Shown here: positions 14,802 to 24,300 of the stretch, in pieces
Numbering within the stretch: the stretch's first letter is position 1
Layout of the letters: each line of letters begins with the position of its first letter
NCBI GenBank assembly: GCA_000830275.1
Contig: CP010424.1
Coordinates: forward strand, 180,001-212,000
Length of the DNA: 32,000 bases
DNA from: an archaeon GW2011_AR10
Lineage (GTDB): Archaea > Iainarchaeota > Iainarchaeia > Iainarchaeales > GW2011-AR10
Direction: 5' to 3'
Made by a program: the position numbers and the translations under genes
The notes under the pieces: model-generated
What the model saw: the letters and a program-made list of their open reading frames with translations, nothing else
Database searches by the model: none
Told to the model about the DNA's origin: nothing

Positions 14802-14876
14802 GTCAGGTTGTTTTAGGCAAAAATTATTTATACTGGTTTAGTTATGTGATTATTCGTTGCTTTTTTTGGTGATTGA

Positions 14877-15566
14877 ATGGACAAATCCTTGGAGATTGTC
14901 AGGAAGCTTGGCTTGAACGAGTACGAGTCAAAAGCCTATCTGGCACTGCTTCGGTTTAGGTCAGCGCAGGCCTCAAGTATCAGCAGGCATGCGGCTATTC
15001 CTAGGGCAAGAGTCTATGATGTGCTTTCAACCCTTGAAAAAAAGGGTTTTGTGCAGCGCAAGCCTGTCAAGCCGGTTGAGTATTTTGCTCTGCAGCCCTC
15101 AGAGGTCTTCAAAAAGTTGGAGAAAGAGAAAAAAGCAGAGCTTGATTCAAGGCTCTTAGAGCTAAATGAAGCCATTAAAAGGGTTGAGAAAGAGCTGGTG
15201 TCAGACACTGTTTCAGTTGCAACCGGCGAGCAGGTGTGGCTGGTTGAGGGAAGAGACAATATCTACACAAGGATACTGCAACAGTTAGAGAACTGCAAGG
15301 AAACGGTTATTATTTCCGGTTCAAACGACTCAATTAAGAGAAAAAAGGCTGCTTTCAGGCAGAATCTGGATGCCCTGCCTAAAAAGGGAGTCAAAGTCAA
15401 GTACAGGCTGCTATCCCCGCGGTCTAGTGCGCGTTTTATGGTGTTCGACAGGCAGGCAGTGCTGTTGTTCTTAAGCAACGATCCTGCGAGTGCAGGCCAA
15501 GAAAAAGCTGTGCTGATTCAAAGCCCTTTCGTGGCAAACTTTTTTTCAAGCGCAGCCAAGAATTAG
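14877..15566 (+). CDS. TrmB-family transcriptional regulator
   Basis: LGLNEYESKAYLALLRFRSAQASSISRHAAIPRARVYDVLSTLEKKGFVQRKPVKPVEYFALQP is the canonical TrmB N-terminal winged HTH. It is followed by a coiled coil and a short C-terminal domain. Confidence 0.85.
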   Translation: MDKSLEIVRKLGLNEYESKAYLALLRFRSAQASSISRHAAIPRARVYDVLSTLEKKGFVQRKPVKPVEYFALQPSEVFKKLEKEKKAELDSRLLELNEAIKRVEKELVSDTVSVATGEQVWLVEGRDNIYTRILQQLENCKETVIISGSNDSIKRKKAAFRQNLDALPKKGVKVKYRLLSPRSSARFMVFDRQAVLLFLSNDPASAGQEKAVLIQSPFVANFFSSAAKN

Positions 15567-15568
15567 CT

Positions 15569-18500
15569 TTATTTCTTCTTTTGGGCTCTAGGCTGAGGCT
15601 TGCTTTTGGCTGGGGCTTTCTTTTTTTGGGCTGCCCCTGTTTCCTTTGCAGTTTCCCCTGCGTTTGCCTGTGCTGGCGGAGCTTCCTTTGCTTTCAGCAC
15701 AGAGTAAATTATCAATCCAATAACTATCAGCAGCAGCAATACAATTATTGCGTTTCTTGGTGTAACCAGGGTTAGGAGCCCTGCTCCAATGCTTACTGCA
15801 CTGCCTTCAATTGGAGTTCCTCCGCCTCCCTCTTTTTTCTCTTCTTGCCTGAATTGAATTTCAATGTTCCTTACAAAGCTTCCTTCATTGGTTCTAATCC
15901 TGATTGTTGCAACAGCCTTGGCCTTGTTAAAGTCTTCCGGCAGGTCAAGCAACATCCTTACCTTTGAGGATTCCTGTCTCTTTATCTTGCTTTCCTGCAA
16001 CTCGAACGCTGCATTGAAGTCAAGGCTCTCAATGCCTTGAATTTCAAGTGTTCTGTTTGAATCATTCATTAAATCAAATTCAACTACTGCATCAATTTCA
16101 ACAAGTTCTCTTTGCGTAATGCTTGTCAGGTTAACATCTGTGATGCTGACATTAACCGGAGTCAAACCGTAGCTTGATCCAACCAAGTTGAGTTTCACTT
16201 CGCCGAATGTGCCATAGTCGAAATCGTTTTGAGCAGTTATGGTTATGAGTGAATCTGCTTCTGTTATGTCAAATGGCGGGGAGATAAAGAAGTAAACTTC
16301 TTTTCTTTCACCTTTCTCAAGCTCGACTGTTTCATCCACAAGGTAAACGAATGGCTTGTCAACGCTTAACTGCACTTTGAAACCGGTTTGCCCCTGATTT
16401 TCAAGGATTATGGTCTGCTGCTTTCCTTCGCATGTGGCAGCGTCAACTTCCGGTTCAACAATGATGAGGTCAAAGCCATAACAGCTTGCGCTGCTCAAAT
16501 AATTAATTGAGGCAGCGTCACTTGCAGTGAAGTCAGGAGAGCTGACAGCAACCTCAATTTCTTCAGCCTCTGTTTCAAGTGGCGGCCTTGCCCTGATTCC
16601 GATAAATGTTTCTTCTGCTGGTTCAATTGTGATTGATTCGGTTTCAAGCTCAACCCATTCAGGTTCAACGCTTACCGAAACACTCTGGGGTTTAGAGCCA
16701 ATGTTTGTTAGGCTGATGAAGTCATTCAAAGGAATGCCTTTGCATAAGTTAAGCTCAGGCACAACAACTGCTATGTTGTGGCAGTCGTTAACTGTAACAG
16801 TGTAATCTTTTTCAAAGGAAAAGTATTCGGATGAAAGCTTGAGCGTGAAGGTTCTTTCCCCTGCAGCGCCCGGCTCTATGTTTAGTTCCTTTGTTATCTG
16901 CTTGAATGTTTCAAGCAGTTCCTCGGAGTTGCGTGCATCATAATAAAGGCCGCCTGTTGCCTCAACAATTTCTTGGAGCTGCCGCTTTCCAGTTTCATCT
17001 ATGTCAAAGCCTATCGCGTAAACAACAATGCCTTCACTGCGCAAGCTGTTTGCTGCACTTGAAATGTTTCCCTCGCAGCTCTCCTTCCCGTCGCTCACAA
17101 GAATAATGTACTTTTCTTTTGTTCCTCCAAAATCATTTGCTGCTGAGTCAAGGCTGCTTACAAGAGGGGTTTGGCCCACTGGATTGAAGCCCTGGATTCT
17201 CTCAGTTATTTCCGGAATGTCAAGCTTGGAAACAGCCACAAGCAACTCGGATTCACTGCATTCCTCTTTGTGGCCGAAAACCCTCAGGCCAAGCTCAACC
17301 TCTGTTATGTTGTTTACAAAGGAAATAATTGCATTTTTTGCAATGTCAAGTTTTTTGGTTCCCTCAATTCTTTGAGCCATGCTTCCAGAAGAGTCCATTA
17401 CGATTTCAATTGCAACATCGCTTCTGCTTATTGAGCCCTCTCTTCCAATATCTGAAACTTTAAGTTCAGCCGTAACCTCTTTACTGCTTCCCTGCTTTAG
17501 TGAAATGCTTTCATCGCTCAGCTCTGCGTCAATTCCTTCAACTTCAACCGCAACATCTAAGTCCTTGACCCCGTCATTTGAGAGAGAGAACCTGTAAACA
17601 GGTGTTGCTTCCATGCACAGGCTTTCCTCCCCTTCAAGCCTTTCAACTGAAACATTGTAGCAGTCAAGCAGTGAAACCTCAAAGTTTTTTGTTTCCTCGA
17701 AGTCAAAAAGCTGTGAGCGCGCGGTAATTGAAATGTCATAAGTTTTTTCTTCCTCAGAGGTTGCATTGAATGCAAGCTCAACTTCTTGGCTCTCTCCTGG
17801 CGCCAGTTCAATTGTGTCAGCTGAAATGCTCACCCAGCTTGGAGCATCAAGCTCAAGGTCAAGGACATCCTTCTTCAAGCCGTTGTTTTCAAACTCAACT
17901 GTTCTGCTGATTGTTTCCTCAGTGCAAGCAACATAGCTTGCCTCGCTTTCAATTAATAGTTCCTGTCCTTCTGAAAGCACGTACTCAGCTGAGTCCCTTG
18001 ACTTGAAGTCAGGGTTGAATAGTTCTGCAACAACATCAAACTCGTAAGTGCCAAGCGGAGCGTCGCATGGAGCCTGCACTTTCAGCTCAACTTCTTCCGG
18101 GTTGCCTTTTGTCACAATAAGCTCGCGGCTTTCAAGCTCAAACCAGTCTTCGGGAATTCCTTCAACCCTTAGCTTTACTGCTTCAGTTCTCTGGTTTGGC
18201 ACAATAGTGTTGTTTGAAAGCTCTACAAGATAGCTTTTTTCCTCGCACTGCGTTGCAACCTGCCTTTCAGGGCTTATGTCAATGTCAACAAAGTGCCCCT
18301 GCTCAATGTCAATAACGCAGCTGACTGATTCAATTGTACTATCGCCGCTTACAACAATTTCTGCCTCATAGGTGCCTGGTTCAGCATAACAATTGGCAAT
18401 AGTGTATGTCCTGAGCTGCTTGCATTCACCGCTTTCAAGCGAAAACCGTTCAGGCAGAACATTAACCCAGCTTGCAACTTCACCGCTGGTTCTTGCAGTG

Positions 18501-18661
18501 TAAGTGTGCGCTTCCAGCGAATCGTTGCAGACCTCCAGCTCGTTTATTGAAAGCTCGCACTGGGTGCTCGCAGAACTGCAGCTGCCGCTTAACTCAACAG
18601 CCCTAACAGCTGCTCCAAAAAGCAGTACAATGACCCCTAAAAGCAAAAATCTTTTGTCCAT
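15569..18661 (-). CDS. Surface type-I membrane protein: repeated CARDB/NEW3-like beta-sandwich modules with an inserted MIDAS-type vWA domain
   Basis: The signal peptide is MDKRFLLLGVIVLLFGAAVRA. Repeats follow the type ...LRVEGIPEDWFELESRELIVTKGNPEEVELKVQAPCDAPLGTYEFDVVA. The vWA domain lies at 16892-17419, with DSSGS (17381-17395), GQTPL and LVSDG. The protein ends in a C-terminal TM helix and a Lys-rich tail. The ATG overlaps the upstream stop (TAATG). Confidence 0.85.
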   Translation of the reverse strand: MDKRFLLLGVIVLLFGAAVRAVELSGSCSSASTQCELSINELEVCNDSLEAHTYTARTSGEVASWVNVLPERFSLESGECKQLRTYTIANCYAEPGTYEAEIVVSGDSTIESVSCVIDIEQGHFVDIDISPERQVATQCEEKSYLVELSNNTIVPNQRTEAVKLRVEGIPEDWFELESRELIVTKGNPEEVELKVQAPCDAPLGTYEFDVVAELFNPDFKSRDSAEYVLSEGQELLIESEASYVACTEETISRTVEFENNGLKKDVLDLELDAPSWVSISADTIELAPGESQEVELAFNATSEEEKTYDISITARSQLFDFEETKNFEVSLLDCYNVSVERLEGEESLCMEATPVYRFSLSNDGVKDLDVAVEVEGIDAELSDESISLKQGSSKEVTAELKVSDIGREGSISRSDVAIEIVMDSSGSMAQRIEGTKKLDIAKNAIISFVNNITEVELGLRVFGHKEECSESELLVAVSKLDIPEITERIQGFNPVGQTPLVSSLDSAANDFGGTKEKYIILVSDGKESCEGNISSAANSLRSEGIVVYAIGFDIDETGKRQLQEIVEATGGLYYDARNSEELLETFKQITKELNIEPGAAGERTFTLKLSSEYFSFEKDYTVTVNDCHNIAVVVPELNLCKGIPLNDFISLTNIGSKPQSVSVSVEPEWVELETESITIEPAEETFIGIRARPPLETEAEEIEVAVSSPDFTASDAASINYLSSASCYGFDLIIVEPEVDAATCEGKQQTIILENQGQTGFKVQLSVDKPFVYLVDETVELEKGERKEVYFFISPPFDITEADSLITITAQNDFDYGTFGEVKLNLVGSSYGLTPVNVSITDVNLTSITQRELVEIDAVVEFDLMNDSNRTLEIQGIESLDFNAAFELQESKIKRQESSKVRMLLDLPEDFNKAKAVATIRIRTNEGSFVRNIEIQFRQEEKKEGGGGTPIEGSAVSIGAGLLTLVTPRNAIIVLLLLIVIGLIIYSVLKAKEAPPAQANAGETAKETGAAQKKKAPAKSKPQPRAQKKK

Positions 18662-20331
18662 TACTGTTCCCCTGATTCCAGTTTAGCCCAATAGTGGCGC
18701 TCTTTGTTACCACTGCTTAGTAAAGACAACATAACTATTGTTAGGGCAAATATTAATATAAATAATGCCCCCAGCGTAATTCCTGCGTTGCTGCCTGCAA
18801 GCGAAACCAATGCTGCCAGGCCAGCGAATTCTGGCTTTTGTTTTCCGTTTCCTTCATTTTGCTGGCTTCCCCCAGCCAAATTGCCGGAGCCATCCTCATT
18901 TTCTGCACCGCTTTCATTGCCGTTATCATTGCTCTCTTCATTGTTTTCTGGAAATGCTTCAACAACAGTGAAACGCAGTTCCTGCCTGAAAGTGAACTCT
19001 CTTGAAAGCCCCTTCACCACTAGCTCCACTTTCTTGTCGCCTAGTGGGGCATCAAACGAGGGAGCAACCGTAATGTACACTGTTTCTGTTTTGCCGTCCT
19101 CCACTTCTATGACTTCATCAGAAACATTCACGCCAATTGATTCATAGGGGTTTTCAACCCTGACTTCAACCCTTTCATCAAAGTCGCCTTTGTTTTCAAA
19201 CTCGATTTCGAATACCTCGAAATCAACGGCAGAGCAAATGCGCTGCTCGAACTCATTGTTGAGGACTTTTACTTCAAGCAGGTGCTTTGGCAGCACATTA
19301 ACCTTGGCTATTTCAAATTCCTCGCCTTTGCTGTTCCAAGCGAAAATCTGCACTTCGTGGATTCCTTTCTCATCAGTTTCCCTCGCTGAAACGTTTATGT
19401 AACTTTGCATTGACTCGTTTTCCTCAAGGCGGATTGTGAGGTCAGCTTCTTTTGTGGGCAAATCGCTTATTGAGCTGATCCTGATTTCCTGTTCCTCTTC
19501 AAGCAGGTTAGTCAAAGTGAACCGCAAAGGAACATCGGCTCCTTTCTCTACTTCCACGGATTCATCCAAGAGCACAAGCTCAAATGCCTCCTTTATTGCT
19601 GTTTCATCGTCTTCTTCAAAGCCAGTTTCCTCGTCAAAGCATTTTATGAGGCTGAAAGAAACTTCCCTTTGGACAAATCTGTCATTGCTGAGCGCGTATA
19701 TTGGAATAGTGTAAGAGCCTGCCCTGAACGAGTCATTCAAGTGGATTTCCAGTTCAACTGTTCTTGTCTCGTTTGGGTCAAGCCTCAGCTCCGTGTTGTT
19801 AAATGTTGGCAAAAACAGTTCTGAGTCAGCGGAAAGGAAAACCCTCTGCCTTTCACTGCTTAAATTTGCAACCTCAACCTGAATTGTTTTGGTGTAAGAG
19901 TCAATGCAGAACTCTTGCCCTTGGTTAAAGGGAAGCAACTCAATTGCTTCAAGCTCTTCAACCCTCACCTCAACAGTGTTGTAAGCGCTTCCCCTGCTGA
20001 ATTCTGTTTCAAGCTCAACAAGATAGCTTCCTTCTGCCGCATCATCTTTCGCAAAAACGGTCAAGGAAAAAACAAGTGATTCTCTTGGATTAATTGAAAA
20101 TTTTTTGTTGGCTGCAACGGCTTCAATTGAACCTGAACTCGTGTCAACAAAAAGTTCAACGAATGCAGTTTCCTCGAAGTCACTGTTGAAGAACTCCAAA
20201 AAAATTGATGCCTCATTCCCCTGCACCAAATTAATGGAATCAAATTCTGTTTCAACAGTTACATCAGCAGCAAATGCAAGGCTGGGCAAAAGAGCAACGA
20301 GTAAAACTGTTAATGCTGTTCGCTTGTTCAT
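18661..20331 (-). CDS. Surface type-I membrane protein with about five acidic beta-sandwich repeats
   Basis: The signal peptide is MNKRTALTVLLVALLPSLAFA. Repeats end in motifs such as AEGSYLVELE, RAGSYTIPIY and APLGDKKVELVV. A Gly/Asn/Glu linker precedes PEFAGLAALVSLAGS and the TM helix. The ATG is 4 nt after the upstream stop. Confidence 0.8.
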   Translation of the reverse strand: MNKRTALTVLLVALLPSLAFAADVTVETEFDSINLVQGNEASIFLEFFNSDFEETAFVELFVDTSSGSIEAVAANKKFSINPRESLVFSLTVFAKDDAAEGSYLVELETEFSRGSAYNTVEVRVEELEAIELLPFNQGQEFCIDSYTKTIQVEVANLSSERQRVFLSADSELFLPTFNNTELRLDPNETRTVELEIHLNDSFRAGSYTIPIYALSNDRFVQREVSFSLIKCFDEETGFEEDDETAIKEAFELVLLDESVEVEKGADVPLRFTLTNLLEEEQEIRISSISDLPTKEADLTIRLEENESMQSYINVSARETDEKGIHEVQIFAWNSKGEEFEIAKVNVLPKHLLEVKVLNNEFEQRICSAVDFEVFEIEFENKGDFDERVEVRVENPYESIGVNVSDEVIEVEDGKTETVYITVAPSFDAPLGDKKVELVVKGLSREFTFRQELRFTVVEAFPENNEESNDNGNESGAENEDGSGNLAGGSQQNEGNGKQKPEFAGLAALVSLAGSNAGITLGALFILIFALTIVMLSLLSSGNKERHYWAKLESGEQ

Positions 20332-20335
20332 AAAA

Positions 20336-21328
20336 TCACTTCTTTCCCTGAATCCTTTCCTTTAGCTCCTCAAGCCTTGGATTGTAAGTTTCAAACTTGT
20401 CTCTCGGCCTGCCTGCACGAACTTCATGTCGCTGCACTGAAGCAGTATTCGTTTCCGGTTTTGCTGGTTTTTCGCCGCCGATTTTTCTGACGAACCTTGC
20501 AATGAACGCAATTAAGAGCACTGCCGCAATCAAAACCAATGCGATGTCCAGCAGCAGCTCCAGCTCCGAGAATTCAAACGGCCTGTTGAGTTGCTCAAAC
20601 GAAAACAGTGAAGCCAAACCACTGAAGAAATTGTTTCCTTCGCTTCCGGCAGAAACATTCAGCGAACGCTTTTCAATGAAGTCGCCGCACTTGAACAATA
20701 GTTCCGCTTCTCCTTCAAAGGCCGAGTTAGGGGTGATTGTAACAGTTAGATTTTTTTGCTCCAGCCTGCCAACTGAAACCGCATTTGGAAGCTCAATGCC
20801 CCAAGACTCTGGCAGGCCACTGATTTTTGCCAGCTCAACTTCCTCGCTGGAAACAGAACTGTTTTTTAGTGCAGCTACAACAAAAAGCTTTTCACCGTTT
20901 TCTTGGCTTTTGTTTAAGGAAAGGTCAATTGAAACAGGGCAGGAAAGCGCTCTCTCAAACGAAATCTTAAAGTTTTTTTCCGCAGCTCTTTTTCCGAGTT
21001 TAGCTGAAACAGTTGCAGTGATTTCTTTTCCATTAAGAGTGCTTTCAGGGAAAACCCTGACAGTAACCCTTTCTGTTCTGCCAGCGCCAACAATGCCCGG
21101 CTGCTCCAAGAACTCTGTTTCTGCAGGCGCAAGCACTTCCACTTCCAGCGGCCTATCAACAATGTCGTCATTTGTTACCTTGAAATAGAATTCTGTTGGA
21201 ATGCCCTTAACCGTAACAGTGCCAGGCAACTCTGAAATGAATGCGCTTGCCTCTGAAAAAAGCAGCAAAAAAAACGCCAATGCCAGAACATTTTTCCCAA
21301 GAAAACCCATTTTTTCACTTGTTAACAT
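20336..21328 (-). CDS. Surface type-I membrane protein with two to three beta-sandwich repeats
   Basis: There is a signal-like N-terminus (an alternative ATG at 21310 gives MGFLGKNVLALAFFLLLFSEASA). The repeats are followed by FFSGLASLFSF, a TM helix and a 50-aa basic tail. Confidence 0.75.
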   Translation of the reverse strand: MLTSEKMGFLGKNVLALAFFLLLFSEASAFISELPGTVTVKGIPTEFYFKVTNDDIVDRPLEVEVLAPAETEFLEQPGIVGAGRTERVTVRVFPESTLNGKEITATVSAKLGKRAAEKNFKISFERALSCPVSIDLSLNKSQENGEKLFVVAALKNSSVSSEEVELAKISGLPESWGIELPNAVSVGRLEQKNLTVTITPNSAFEGEAELLFKCGDFIEKRSLNVSAGSEGNNFFSGLASLFSFEQLNRPFEFSELELLLDIALVLIAAVLLIAFIARFVRKIGGEKPAKPETNTASVQRHEVRAGRPRDKFETYNPRLEELKERIQGKK

Positions 21329-21398
21329 TAATAGAGTACTATAACTAAGTGCTGGTAAATGAATTATTTAAAGATATCGTTTGGCTTCAGGGATGGTC

Positions 21399-24300
21399 TC
21401 ATTTTCTGACCAATGCAACGATAATTGCAATTACGATGATTAGTATAATCAGAAGGATAATTCCTAATCCCACTGAGCCTGCCAAGCCCAGCAAACCAGA
21501 AATGAGCCCAGGCTCTTCGCCTTCATCTGCTGGAGCTTCAACGCTTACCTTGAACGCTTCAACAGCTCTTGCCTGGTCTGATTCAACTTCAAGCAATGCC
21601 GTGAAATCCTGCTCTTCAGCACCGGCTGCATTAATGGTGCCAGTAACATTTATTGTTTCTCTGGCGCCTAACTGCTGCCTTACAATTGGCTCAAATGCAA
21701 CTTTTTCAGGGAGGTTAGCTATTGAGACAACAACGTTTGTCATTATGCTGCTGGAGTTGTTCTTAATTGAAAAAGAGAACTGCTTTGACTGGCTGGATGA
21801 AAGCTCAACAACCTGCGGCAGGCCGAATACTTCCAGCTCCGGCTCAGCAGGCCTTGGCTCTTCGCCTAAAACATTCACCTTAACCAAGTTAATGATTGCA
21901 GGGAAGTCTCCCTCAGCCTTAAACGTAACCGTATAATTGCCTGGCCTGGCGCTTGAAAGAGCCTTGACAGTCAATTCAATTTCCTTGTCATTATCCCTGC
22001 TTAAGCAGAATTCACTGTCTTCCAGCGAAGCTTCAATGGATGCTGAGTTGCTTGAAACACTCAAATCAAAGCATTCACTGCTGTTTGAGTTGTTTTCTAC
22101 TCCCACAGTTATCTTCTTCAGCCTGCCTGGTTCAAGTGAAATGCTTGCAGGGGAAACATTTACCTCAATGTCATCTGCTTCAACAGCATCGCCTGTGTTG
22201 AGGATTGTAATTCTGTCAGTCAACTTAATGTCATTGAAGCCGCAGCTCTTCCCGTCCTCGAATGAGCCGTCAACTTTCAGGGTTACGTTTGCAGTTCTCC
22301 TGCTTGGAACTGCCCTTGACTCAAACCTTACTTCCACTTTTGCTGAACCGAAAGCGCTTATTTTTGTAGGTTCGTTCCTCACTGAAGCTGAAAGGTAAGT
22401 TGAATCCTCAGATACCTGCACGTTGTCAACAAAGAAATCCTTGCTGCTGCGGTTCCTGATTATAATTTCCTTTGTTTCAGTCCTGTTCTCTCTCAGTGAA
22501 AAATCAAACGAATCAATCTTTATGTTTCCGCAGACAGCGCTGCCGCCTGAAACATTCTCAACAACAACCCTGAAGCTTTCAGTTCCAACAGAGTCAAAAC
22601 TGCAGCTTCTCCCGTCTTCAAACTCTCCGCTTACCTTTATTTTTCCAAAGCCTTCCTCTGTCCTTGAAACGGAATTGCTTTCAACCCTGACCTTTAAGTC
22701 AGCGCTGTCATCACTTCTTGCAATAGTGTCATGGGAGACAAGGCTAACGTCGAATTCCCTCTCAGATTCAAAGACATCAACATCGTCAATGAAGAAGTCC
22801 TGGCCTGAATTGTTCCTTATGCTGAAATCAGCTGTTTCAACATCTTCCTCGTCAACGAAGACAGTGCGGGTTTCAACATCAATGTCAGAGCAGAAGCCGT
22901 TTGAAGAGCGCTCAACAATCATTCTTGCAGTCTCAAAGTCCTCTAATCCGTCAGTGTCCTCAACAACAACAGTAACAAGGTTGGTGCCGGTGCTGTTTCT
23001 TCGCGGAGCATCGCACTCCAAGTGGCGGTCATCCGAAATAAAGCAGTCAACAAGTGAAGAGTTAGTCTGGTTGCTTACCCTAAAGTCGAGTTCGCTGTCA
23101 GAGTCCTCGTCATCGCTTGCGTAATCCCACAAGTCAATCAGCCTTTCCTGGAACCCGTCATTTTCCTCAATAACTTTGTCAGGCAGCTTTGAAATCCTTG
23201 GGGCCTGAATCAGTTCATCCTCCGGGAAAACGGTTACATCAAATGAGTCAGAGTCAATTTTTCCGCCTGAATCCTCTGCTTCTATAACAATTGAGCTTGT
23301 TCCTGTTTCATCTCTGTCCGGGGCAAAGCACTCAAAGTACCTGTTTCCAACAATCAAGCAGTCAATGAGGCCGGTGCTTGACTGGGAAACAATGCTGAAT
23401 GAAAGTTCACTGTCAGAATCCTCTGCATCAGAAGCGTAATTCCAGAGGTCAACAAGCCTGTCGGAGTAGCCGGAGTTCTCTTCTATCTCTCTGTCAGGCA
23501 AATTGCTGATTGATGGAGCATCATTTGAGCCGTTGTTGTTTCCGAGTTCTTCGTCAATAATGTTCTCGAAAACGCTGAATGGCTGTGCACCAACAAGCTT
23601 CTGTCCATTAATAAAAAATGTAGGTGTTCCGCTTATGTCTCTGTTTTCACCGTTTCTCAGGTCATCTAGAACTTCAGGCAAATATTGTTTTGAATCAAGG
23701 CAGGCATTAAAGCTATTCTCATTAAGGCCTGCTTGACTTGCATACTGCTTGAGTGCACTGTTGCTAAGGTTGCTTTGGTTGTTAAACAGTATTTCTGCGT
23801 ATTGCCAGAATTTCCCTTGGCTATGTGCACATTCCCCTGCTATTGCTGCCCCTTCGGCATTTGAGTGGAATGAAAGCGGGAAATTCCTGAAAATTATCTG
23901 CACATCACTACCATACTTACTGAGTATCTGGTCGTGCGTTTCTGTAAAGTATTTTCCGCTAAAAGGGTCTTGGAAACCCAAGTAAGCCTCAATTGTGACT
24001 GGTGCATTAGATCCTCCTGTTCTAGGCTCTGACAGTTGATCCTGCGGGGTTACAGGCTGTGGTGCATTTTCAAAATCAATTCTTATCTGCACGTAAACAT
24101 AGGAGAAATCTCCTTGGTAGTTATTGGGGAAAGTGCAGTTGTCAATGCCCTTAGCGTGCACTGTGTTGTAGCCTTCGTGCACATAACTTGTGATATCAAC
24201 GTTCGCGTTTAACGGAAATTCAGGGTATGGGTTAACAGAGCAGTTGCCTGTGTTTGGGTCGTTGAAGACCCTGGTTCCATTGATTTCCACAAAGCCGTCA

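Noticed and set aside
14459-14872. ORFs of 84, 67 and 124 aa in the 891-aa-gene/trmB spacer
   Set aside because: Their peptide repeats (FPKRFLEKP.../PFSKRFLE) simply mirror the DNA hairpin repeats. The 124-aa ORF uses a TTG start and reads through four oligo-T tracts.
20397-23124. Long plus-strand ORFs (263, 195, 153 and 233 aa) antisense to the surface operon
   Set aside because: These are Ser/Leu/Thr-rich antisense translations of the Glu/Asp/Val-rich minus-strand genes. The minus-strand products have signal peptides, repeat modules, recognisable vWA/DsbA-like motifs and TM anchors.
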